From positions 1,766 through 65,765 of the forward strand of contig JACPKS010000069.1 of NCBI GenBank assembly GCA_016186905.1: a stretch of 64,000 bases of DNA, written 5' to 3'. The notes below the pieces were generated by a model, which was not told the origin of the DNA, did no database searches, and saw nothing but the letters and a program-made list of their open reading frames with translations. Position numbers and translations under genes: made by a program. The stretch comes from Deltaproteobacteria bacterium. Lineage in GTDB: Bacteria > Bdellovibrionota > UBA1018 > UBA923. Below are positions 46,461 through 53,988 of the stretch, one piece after another (position 1 is the stretch's first letter; each line of letters begins with the position of its first letter).

Positions 46461-47747
46461 TTACTGAGCCTCCGGCTGAAAATCGAGCCCCGCCAAAAGC
46501 CAAACCCGGCTTAATGCTTCGACATAGGCCGTTTGAGCGTCGAAAACCCGAACCGCCTGTTCGTGCACCTGACTTTCAAGCTCAAGAAACGCCGTTACCG
46601 GCACGAGACTTTTTTTCCAGTTGATTTCAGCTTTAGACATCGCGCTTTCCAGCTCGTTCACAAGACTTACGGGGTAGAGCGCAATCCGTTTTCTGTTCTC
46701 CGTGAGTTCCGCCCACGCTTGTTCAAACTGTGCCAAAAGCTCTCGCCGCTTCTGCTCCAGACGATACGTCTCGGCATCTTTTTGCGACTCTGCCGCCTGC
46801 CTCGCGTATCCGCCGCGGTCAACAATAGGCAATGAGAGCTCCAGAATTCCCACATAGCTTCGTTCGCCGAGCTCGACGTTTTGCTCTGAATACCCGGCTC
46901 CGATACGAACTTCTGGGTAGCCCTTCTTTCCGGCCTTCGCAATGGAAAGCTCCGCTGCTTCAATGAGCTGATTCTGGCGGAAAAGCTCGAGATTCCGGCT
47001 GCGCACCTGATCCCAGAGTTTTTCACGATTCAGTTCTTTGGGATTCGTGAGCCACGGCATTTCGGGAGTGATTGCCGCGTCGAGATTGAGGAAAACATTC
47101 AGCTCATGCCAAACCTTTTCCTTGCTGGCCGTGATTGCGAGAAACTTTTCTTCGATTTCACGAAGTCTGTTTTGAATCAGGTTTTTTTCGACGAATTGCG
47201 AGGGGGAAGCGAACGGACGGGTCGTCAGATATTGAGCGACGGTTTGAAGTTTTTCACGACGGTGCCCGATATGCTTGACCTGCTCAAGAACGGCGGCCAA
47301 TCGGTAAGCGAGGCGGGCAGCTTGGTGTCTAACCGATACAGCGCGAATGTTTTTATCGGTTTCCAAAATCTTGCGATTGTTGCGTCCAATATCCGCTTCA
47401 ATGCTTTTCTGGCCGAACAGCGGAATGTTCTGTCGAATGGATGCATCGAACACGTTTCCAATAAGAATGCTGATTGATTTTGGCCCCGCGTCCAGCGAAA
47501 CTTCCGGGTTATCCCATTTGCCGGCCTGCTCCGCCGTATGGTCAGCCCGAAGAACCTCTTTTTCGAGGGACTTAAGGTCCGCGGAGTTTTCGCTGGCTCT
47601 GCGAATGATTCGAGAAAGCGTCCATTGTTCCGGTGGCGATGAATCGGCATAACCGATCCCAGAAGCAAGTTGCGCTCCTATTAATGCCATTACCGATGAA
47701 GTTCTTAAAACTCTTTGCATCTGGTTCCTTGAGATAGCAGGGCGCAA
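46461..47747 (-). CDS. TolC-family outer membrane efflux protein (CzcC-like)
   Basis: 428 aa. Signal-like N-terminus and two OEP-type coiled repeats. Its stop at 46461-46463 lies 2 nt from the czcA ATG. Confidence 0.8.
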   Translation of the reverse strand: MRPAISRNQMQRVLRTSSVMALIGAQLASGIGYADSSPPEQWTLSRIIRRASENSADLKSLEKEVLRADHTAEQAGKWDNPEVSLDAGPKSISILIGNVFDASIRQNIPLFGQKSIEADIGRNNRKILETDKNIRAVSVRHQAARLAYRLAAVLEQVKHIGHRREKLQTVAQYLTTRPFASPSQFVEKNLIQNRLREIEEKFLAITASKEKVWHELNVFLNLDAAITPEMPWLTNPKELNREKLWDQVRSRNLELFRQNQLIEAAELSIAKAGKKGYPEVRIGAGYSEQNVELGERSYVGILELSLPIVDRGGYARQAAESQKDAETYRLEQKRRELLAQFEQAWAELTENRKRIALYPVSLVNELESAMSKAEINWKKSLVPVTAFLELESQVHEQAVRVFDAQTAYVEALSRVWLLAGLDFQPEAQ

Positions 47748-47831
47748 ATTGCTGCCCAGCCATTTCGTTGCTTAAAATAAACGTGAAGAGTGGTGCCTAA
47801 CTCAATGGACGCACTTCCGCCTAGTTTCGGA

Positions 47832-48212
47832 TTACGCTCTGGGAGGTTCTTTTTGTGAAGAGAGAGACACGCCGACAAGAGGTGTGACGAGTATGCGAAC
47901 AGACGATTGAATCATCAATGAACTAACGCCATTGCTTGCCGAGTGCATTAAGTAATCGCAGCAGTGGGTCATATGGCAATCGTGATGTGATGTTGATTCT
48001 TGCCGATGGCCGCAGTGATCGCCATGCCGGTTTGCAACCACTGCCACTGAGGGACTAACCTGCGCACTATCGGTATTTGAATTATCTTTATAGCAAGAGG
48101 TTTCGGGCCCGGATTTTACAGAATCCGAACACGATTCACACGCAAATGTCGCTGTTGTAATGCTGAAAATCGTGATGAAAAGCGCGATAAACCTGTAAAA
48201 CATGTCACGCAC
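47832..48212 (-). CDS. Small His/Cys-rich membrane-anchored or secreted protein
   Basis: 126 aa. Hydrophobic N-terminus FIALFITIFSITTATFA. CESCSDS and HGDHCGHRQESTSHHDCHMTHCCDYLMH clusters. Heads the OMF-RND transcription unit. Confidence 0.45.
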   Translation of the reverse strand: MRDMFYRFIALFITIFSITTATFACESCSDSVKSGPETSCYKDNSNTDSAQVSPSVAVVANRHGDHCGHRQESTSHHDCHMTHCCDYLMHSASNGVSSLMIQSSVRILVTPLVGVSLSSQKEPPRA

Positions 48213-48390
48213 GAGTACCGGGCTACTCAGTTATTGTCAAGCCGAACGCATGTGCTCCGTTCGACTCGCACGCAAATGACGTCATCCTGATGGCTGGTGA
48301 ATAACGGGTGTTTGTCTGCGTAACCGCATGTACTTAAAGAGATTTTATTATTACTGACCATGCTCGTAAAAATACGGTAAAATTACGAAT

Positions 48391-49578
48391 ATGATCGGAA
48401 GAGATGTATCGCCACTAAAAAACAGAAGCTATTTCTTGTTTGGCCCTCGAGGCGTGGGCAAAAGCACATGGCTCCAAAATCAATACTCGGAAAATGAAAT
48501 CATTTATCTCGATTTACTCGACCCTGATCTATACGAAGATCTGCTGTTCAACCCCGGTCGTTTTCAGCAAATCATTTCATCGCCTGAGAACCTCAAAAAA
48601 ATCGTCGTGGTTGATGAAGTGCAAAAACTTCCGAAACTGCTCGACGTGGTTCACTTGGAAATTCAGAGAAAAAAACGGCAATTTATCCTTACCGGCTCCA
48701 GCTCTAGAAAACTCAAACAGAAAGGCGTGAATCTCCTCGCCGGCAGGGCCAGCGTTTACCATTTGTTTCCACTCAGCAGCCTTGAGCTCAAGGATCAATT
48801 CAATCTGCAGCGGGCTTTGGAGTGGGGAGGGCTTCCTGACGCGTACCTGGCGTCGCCCCCTGACTCGCATGTGAATGACGCCCTTTCCAGGGAGTATCTC
48901 AGCGCTTACGCGCTCACCTATCTTGAAAAAGAAATTCAACAAGAACAGTGGGTACGAAAAATCGAGCCGTTCAGAAAGTTTCTCATGATCGCTTCACGAA
49001 TGAATGGAAAAATCATCAATCGATCGAGGATCGCAAGAGACGTGGGCGTCGATGATATGACCATCGCCTCTTATTACGAAATACTTGAGGATACTCTGAT
49101 CGGTTTTTCGTTACCCGCGTTTCATCGCTCCGCAAGAAAATCACAAAGACAGGCATCGAAATTTTATCTCGTTGACACCGGCATCAAAAGAGCGCTCGAC
49201 AAGTCACTGATGATTCCACTGCAGGCCGGCACCGCTGCCTATGGCGAGGCTTTTGAGCATTGGCTCATTCTGGAGCTCTATAAAGTGTCTGAATACCATC
49301 GCCTCGACTGGAGGTTTTATTATGCCCGCACTCCGAGCGACGTCGAAGTGGATCTCATCATCGAACGCCCGGGCAAACCAAGACTTTTTATTGAAATAAA
49401 ATCAAAAAATAGAATCGACGAATCAGACGCTAAATCACTTGAAACCCTGGCCGCCGATCTTGACTCAAAGGGCAAGCGACTGCTTCTATCACAGGATCCA
49501 CTCGATCAGACATTTGGAAAAACCAAGGCGATGCATTGGCAAACGGCCCTTCAGGAAATCATCAAAGACAAAATTTAA
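48391..49578 (+). CDS. AAA-family ATPase with DUF4143-type C-terminal region
   Basis: 395 aa. Walker A GPRGVGKST, VVDEVQK Walker B. Architecture of the widespread ATPase/DUF4143 family. Low GC. Confidence 0.8.
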   Translation: MIGRDVSPLKNRSYFLFGPRGVGKSTWLQNQYSENEIIYLDLLDPDLYEDLLFNPGRFQQIISSPENLKKIVVVDEVQKLPKLLDVVHLEIQRKKRQFILTGSSSRKLKQKGVNLLAGRASVYHLFPLSSLELKDQFNLQRALEWGGLPDAYLASPPDSHVNDALSREYLSAYALTYLEKEIQQEQWVRKIEPFRKFLMIASRMNGKIINRSRIARDVGVDDMTIASYYEILEDTLIGFSLPAFHRSARKSQRQASKFYLVDTGIKRALDKSLMIPLQAGTAAYGEAFEHWLILELYKVSEYHRLDWRFYYARTPSDVEVDLIIERPGKPRLFIEIKSKNRIDESDAKSLETLAADLDSKGKRLLLSQDPLDQTFGKTKAMHWQTALQEIIKDKI

Positions 49579-49606
49579 TAGCGGCGCTATGCTGAATCTT
49601 GTTAAC

Positions 49607-50782
49607 TCACACCGACGACGGAAACTTCGCGCGCACTTTTTCGAGGAGCTTTTTGACGTCTTGAGCCCGATCCTTGGCGGCCACAAGCACCACCTCGCGG
49701 TCGCGCACGACGACGAGATCGTTCACGCCGAGCAGTGCGACGAATCCCGCATCGGTTTGCACGACGTTGGAGTTGCAGTCATGCGTGACGACCTCGCCCT
49801 GAACGGAACGGTTGATGTCTTCAAGCGCCGTGAACGACCCCACGTCATTCCATCCGCAGCTCGCCGGCACGACGGCGACGCGAATTCCTTTCGACGCCGC
49901 GGATTCCATCACTCCGTAGTCGATGCTCACCGCATCTTCGGGGCGAATTTCCGCGTATGTCTTTTTTACGTCGATGGGCGCATTCCGGGCGAAGACCGCG
50001 GTGAGCTCGGGCATGCAGGCCTCAAACGCATTCAGCCCGGCGCGCGCGGTAAAGATAAACATCCCGGCGTTCCATAAATACGATCCCGATTCAATATATC
50101 GGAGGGCCGTCCTGAGATCCGGTTTTTCGACAAATTGTTTAACCAGAATCGCTCCCATTTGCGCAGTCGTCGAAGTTTTAGTCGGCGCGCCTCGCGGCGC
50201 GTGCCCTGGCGCGTGTCCTGGCGCGTGTTCTGGCGCGTGTTCTGGCGCGTGCCCCCCATCCGTTTCAATGTATCCATAGCCTGTTTCAGGCCGGTCGGGC
50301 CTTATCCCAAGCGTGACGAGCCCGCCTCGTTCACGCGCCTCCGTCACGGCGGTCCCCACCGACTCCAAGAACGCGTCCTCGTCCCCGATGTAATGGTCGG
50401 CCGGCATCACCGCGATCGTCGCTTCGGGATCGACCTTCGCGATCTCCGTGATCCCCCACAAAATACACGGCGCGGTATTCTTGCCCTCAGGCTCGGCGAG
50501 AACGCGCACCTCCGAATATGCCCCTCCAAGCGCATTGCGCGAAAATTCGACGAGCGACTCCGTCGTCACGATCCAGACGCGCGCGTGCTTCACGAGCGGC
50601 GCGAACCGGTCGATCGTGTGCTGCAGCAGCGTTTTCTCGTCCCAAAGAGCCAAAAGCTGTTTGGGGCGCGTGGAACGGCTCTTCGGCCAGAACCGCGTGC
50701 CGGTACCGCCGGCCATGATCAAAACGTGAAGATTGGATTTCGCCGGCTCGCCGCCGGCGGATCGCTCACTCGACGCGGCCAT
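49607..50782 (-). CDS. manC: Mannose-1-phosphate guanylyltransferase with an inserted HAPE/HAPG repeat loop
   Basis: 391 aa. LIMAGGTGTRFWPKSR, GYGYIE, FVEKPD. Insert GGHAPEHAPEHAPGHAPGHAPRGAP between the conserved blocks. Confidence 0.85.
   Translation of the reverse strand: MAASSERSAGGEPAKSNLHVLIMAGGTGTRFWPKSRSTRPKQLLALWDEKTLLQHTIDRFAPLVKHARVWIVTTESLVEFSRNALGGAYSEVRVLAEPEGKNTAPCILWGITEIAKVDPEATIAVMPADHYIGDEDAFLESVGTAVTEARERGGLVTLGIRPDRPETGYGYIETDGGHAPEHAPEHAPGHAPGHAPRGAPTKTSTTAQMGAILVKQFVEKPDLRTALRYIESGSYLWNAGMFIFTARAGLNAFEACMPELTAVFARNAPIDVKKTYAEIRPEDAVSIDYGVMESAASKGIRVAVVPASCGWNDVGSFTALEDINRSVQGEVVTHDCNSNVVQTDAGFVALLGVNDLVVVRDREVVLVAAKDRAQDVKKLLEKVRAKFPSSV
50196..50255. repeat. 12-bp tandem repeat, 5 copies (GGCGCGTGYYCT), plus a degenerate copy at 50184-50195
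   Basis: Read directly: ggcgcgtgccct ggcgcgtgtcct ggcgcgtgttct ggcgcgtgttct ggcgcgtgcccc. In frame within manC (minus strand), encoding the HAPE/HAPG units. Confidence 0.9.
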
Positions 50783-51122
50783 AGCGGTCTTCGAGCCGCA
50801 CGACGTCGTCGAGCTGCGGGGTGGAAACCTCGAACACGTCGCAGTCCTCGACCGCGATCATGCGATGCCGTTTGCCGGGCGCGATATGATGACACTCGCC
50901 CGCCGCGAGACTGATCTCGACGAGCTTTCCGGGGTTTTCCTCGAAAACGAGCGTCATCTTTCCGCTGTGGAGAAAAATCGTCTCTTCTTTTTCGCGGTGG
51001 TATTGCAGCGAGAGCCGGTGGCCCTTGTTGATGTGCAGGATTTTTCCCACGTACTGGCCGGTCTTCGCGAAAATAAGCTCGTAGCCCCAGGGTTTTTCCA
51101 CGCGCGAAACGGGCGACTTCAT
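50766..51122 (-). CDS. Cupin-domain protein (type II phosphomannose isomerase C-terminal-like)
   Basis: 118 aa. KPWGYELIFAKTGQYVGKILHINKGHRLSLQYHREKEE. Overlaps the manC start by 17 nt. Confidence 0.75.
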   Translation of the reverse strand: MKSPVSRVEKPWGYELIFAKTGQYVGKILHINKGHRLSLQYHREKEETIFLHSGKMTLVFEENPGKLVEISLAAGECHHIAPGKRHRMIAVEDCDVFEVSTPQLDDVVRLEDRYGRVE

Positions 51123-51817
51123 TCGGCGGTTCCTGAGTCGATCTTCTGGACAATGTGGGGCGGAAGCGCTCTGGCCGTCTTCCAGCGCGCGGCCGTTTTT
51201 TCGGCCATGTCCTTGTTCGCGAACACGCCTACCCCCACGCGATACCAGGTGCCCTTGCCGGGAATTTGCGCTTCGACGTAAAACGCGTCGAGGCCCTTCT
51301 TTTTCAATTCACCGACTTGTTCGGTGGCTTCTTTGAGCGTGCGGTACGAGCCGATCTGCAGGGTGTACTTTCCCGCGGCGGCTTTTTCGGTTTTTTTTTC
51401 GGATTTCGGGGATTCAGTTTTTTTCGTCTCGGCGTTTAATTTCTCCGCGGGAAGGGACATTGAAAGAACTTTGCCTGCGCCGGCATGAGTGTTTTCGATC
51501 TCCTTTTCAAGCGCCGCATCTGCTTTTTCTTCAGCTGCTGCCGCCAGATTGGCATCCTCCTCAAAGGCTGGGGACGCGGACTCCTCGGGTTCCTTCGCCG
51601 CTTCCGCGGCGCGTTCCGCTGCGTGTTCCGCCTTGGGCTTCGCGGCTGTGAGCGGCGGCACCGCGATCGCGGCCTGTTCGACGGGCTTCGTGGCGCCGAG
51701 GCGCTTGCCGAGCTTGATCCCGAGGGTAAACGAAAAAAGGGCGACCAAACCCAGCAGCATCAGGATGATGCCGACTTCTTTTTTATTGAATACGAGAAGC
51801 TCGTGTTTGGTTTCCAT
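51119..51817 (-). CDS. SPOR domain-containing membrane protein
   Basis: 232 aa. N-terminal TM, Ala/Glu/Lys-rich linker, C-terminal SPOR-like YTLQIGSYRTLKEATEQVGELKKKGLDAFYV...WYRVGVGVF. Confidence 0.8.
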   Translation of the reverse strand: METKHELLVFNKKEVGIILMLLGLVALFSFTLGIKLGKRLGATKPVEQAAIAVPPLTAAKPKAEHAAERAAEAAKEPEESASPAFEEDANLAAAAEEKADAALEKEIENTHAGAGKVLSMSLPAEKLNAETKKTESPKSEKKTEKAAAGKYTLQIGSYRTLKEATEQVGELKKKGLDAFYVEAQIPGKGTWYRVGVGVFANKDMAEKTAARWKTARALPPHIVQKIDSGTAE

Positions 51818-51927
51818 TGGAGGCCAGGATTCCTTATCGCTTTTACATATTTAACCGATCTTCCCAGGAAACCAAGCTTAAAACACGTTGGCACGGGCTT
51901 GCATTGCCTCTGCTCGGAGGATGAAAC

Positions 51928-52203
51928 ATGAAAAGAAACCGTCCCGCCCGGAAAGGGCAAAGTCTCATTGAATATGTCGCGCTCACGGCGCTCGTCGCGG
52001 TCGTGAGCATCGGAGCCGTTCGCCTGTTCGGAAGCAAGGTGCAGCGTCGGCTCAATCAAATCACGGGAAGCTTCGATCACAACATTCAGGTCGGGTTGAA
52101 GGTCCACAACCGCATCGGAAACGACGACGGCGAAGATGACGGCGGCACGGGCCTTCCGCAGCCGCGCGGAAGAGCGCGCGGGCTTCCGGGAGGCATTTTC
52201 TGA
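51928..52203 (+). CDS. Flp-family type IVb pilin
   Basis: 91 aa. GGAGG upstream. Flp motif G/QSLIEYVALTALVAVVSIGAV after a basic leader MKRNRPARK. Confidence 0.7.
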   Translation: MKRNRPARKGQSLIEYVALTALVAVVSIGAVRLFGSKVQRRLNQITGSFDHNIQVGLKVHNRIGNDDGEDDGGTGLPQPRGRARGLPGGIF

Positions 52204-52572
52204 GTGAATCCCGCGCGCGAAACACGAAGACGGCGATCGGGCCAGGCCCTTCTCGAGTGGACGATCTTCGGCCTGATCGGTTTTTTGGCCTGGCTCTGGG
52301 TTTTTCAGGCCGCAAAGCAGCTGCTCGACCAGACCTATGCGCGGAGCTTAAGCCTCTTCGCGGCACGGAAAGCTCTCTCGCTGGAGCGAATTCCCCGGCA
52401 GCCGGGAATATCGATCCGCCAAACCACGAGCCGGGAGCTCGGACAAGCCGCGGTGACTGCCGGCAGCGCCGCGGCACACTCGGAGGTCCGGCTCCCGGCA
52501 CGCGCCGGGCGGGCTCGATCCTCGTCCAGTTCGCTCTCCTTTGGGTCCCTCTTGTCGCTATTTTCGGAGTGA
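52204..52572 (+). CDS. TadE-like protein (extent uncertain)
   Basis: GTG 52204. N-terminus RRRRSGQALLEWTIFGLIGFLAWLWVF resembles TadE/TadF-type pseudopilins. The C-terminal half of the ORF looks non-protein-like. Confidence 0.35.
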   Translation: MNPARETRRRRSGQALLEWTIFGLIGFLAWLWVFQAAKQLLDQTYARSLSLFAARKALSLERIPRQPGISIRQTTSRELGQAAVTAGSAAAHSEVRLPARAGRARSSSSSLSFGSLLSLFSE

Positions 52573-53225
52573 TTCTATGGATTCGTTCGCACAGCCTGGC
52601 TCAGCTCGAACGCCAGCGCTCGCTCGATCGTTGCTTGTATGCCGGCCTCGACACGCGTTGTTCGGCCCTTTCGCGGATCTCGAACGCCAACAAGACGCTG
52701 CGCCGGATGATCCACGCGATGGCGCTCGTCAAGGCGGGAAAGGCGGCGAGCCTTGCGGTGCCGGGAATGAGCGGCGTATTTCTCTTGAGCGAAGCGACGG
52801 AACATACTGCACAGGCGATTGCGAATGCGATCGCCCGCTACCAGGATCTCCAGATTCTGCTCGAAAAAGCGGCATTTCTGCGTGCCTTGAACTGCGGCAT
52901 TCCTCTTCCATTCTCCGATCCCCTGCTTCACTTCGAGAGAACCGAGAACTGGGAGGCAAGTCTTGCGGGAGCGCCGGCACCCCTGCGCTGGCTCAATGCG
53001 ATCGATGCCGGAGAGCTTCGCGTGCGTTCGCGCGATCTCAGGACCGAAAGCTATGGGCACTGCGAAACGCCTGGTCCGAGAACATCGCCGAATTCAGAAA
53101 CGAACGCGCTTTCGGGCGAAACCTACACGATAAGCTTTGCGCCCGTTCAGCGCGGCAGGGACAGGTCGCCCTTGAAATCGTATTTTTCCTCGCCGTCGCG
53201 ATGGGCATCACGGTCTTTTTTTTGA
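52257..53225 (+). CDS. Hypothetical protein with internal TadE-like hydrophobic segment, start unresolved
   Basis: ORF 52257-53225. From about 52500 it reads TRRAGSILVQFALLWVPLVAIFGVILWI followed by plausible protein sequence. No ATG/GTG/TTG lies in frame between 52257 and that segment, although GGAGG occurs at 52482-52486. Confidence 0.3.
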   Translation: MDDLRPDRFFGLALGFSGRKAAARPDLCAELKPLRGTESSLAGANSPAAGNIDPPNHEPGARTSRGDCRQRRGTLGGPAPGTRRAGSILVQFALLWVPLVAIFGVILWIRSHSLAQLERQRSLDRCLYAGLDTRCSALSRISNANKTLRRMIHAMALVKAGKAASLAVPGMSGVFLLSEATEHTAQAIANAIARYQDLQILLEKAAFLRALNCGIPLPFSDPLLHFERTENWEASLAGAPAPLRWLNAIDAGELRVRSRDLRTESYGHCETPGPRTSPNSETNALSGETYTISFAPVQRGRDRSPLKSYFSSPSRWASRSFF

Positions 53226-53274
53226 ACTGTCATTTCAAGATGAGTCGCGGATGGGAAGTCGAGGTGAGAAAGCC

Positions 53275-53955
53275 ATGGTTCACGAACGGATGAAGCTCAA
53301 AATCGCGCTTGCGGTACCGCTGTTTTTGATCAGTCTTGCGCCACGGGCTTTCGCGGAAAAGCTGACTCTGCTCTGGCAGGGGGAAAAAGGGCCGGAATGC
53401 CGGGCGCTCGTCGGAAAATTTCTCGACGAGCTGAAAACAATGTCCAACGACCGCACGATCGAGCTCGACATGGAGGAGAGCGCCCGCGAAGCAAACGTCT
53501 TGCCCGGCAGCGCCGGAGAAAACGCAAAAGTCCTCCTTCGCTGCGGCGGCGATGCGCCAGGCGGCTCGCCCAACCTCATTGAAACGAGCGACGAAAACGA
53601 AGCGACCATGCGAATCCATTACCTTGGAAAGACGGCGGGATTCGATTCGCTGGACTGGCTCCCGTTTCAGAAAAAATTTCTCAGGCCGCGGCTCTCGGCT
53701 GCAAACCTCGCTCCACAGCCCGGCGCGGCGGGAGTTTTTGACAGGTCCGCGGCTGGGACGACGTCGCTCCACGTCGAAACGCCTTTAGAATCCCGGCACC
53801 GCGACGTTATTCTCGCGGGAATCATCGGCGGGGCGGCGGGAGCCACGGGTGGCGCGATTTTATCGCCCGATAACGAAAGCCGGGGAATGAATATGCTCGT
53901 TTTCGGGCTCACGGGCGCGCTGATCGGATCGGCGCTCAAAGCCATTTCACGCTGA
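53275..53955 (+). CDS. Hypothetical secreted protein with C-terminal Gly-zipper hydrophobic segments
   Basis: In ORF 53251-53955. ATG 53275 or 53290. Signal peptide MKLKIALAVPLFLISLAPRAFA. C-terminus ILAGIIGGAAGATGGAIL...LVFGLTGALIGSALKAI. Confidence 0.5.
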   Translation: MVHERMKLKIALAVPLFLISLAPRAFAEKLTLLWQGEKGPECRALVGKFLDELKTMSNDRTIELDMEESAREANVLPGSAGENAKVLLRCGGDAPGGSPNLIETSDENEATMRIHYLGKTAGFDSLDWLPFQKKFLRPRLSAANLAPQPGAAGVFDRSAAGTTSLHVETPLESRHRDVILAGIIGGAAGATGGAILSPDNESRGMNMLVFGLTGALIGSALKAISR

Positions 53956-53988
53956 TTTCAAACAATGCATCCAAAACCAGGGGGTCTC

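Noticed and set aside
50184-50255. Possible CRISPR-like or regulatory repeat array.
   Set aside because: Units are 12 bp, contiguous with no spacers, and lie in frame inside manC. This is a coding microsatellite, not a CRISPR array. No CRISPR array was seen anywhere in the window.
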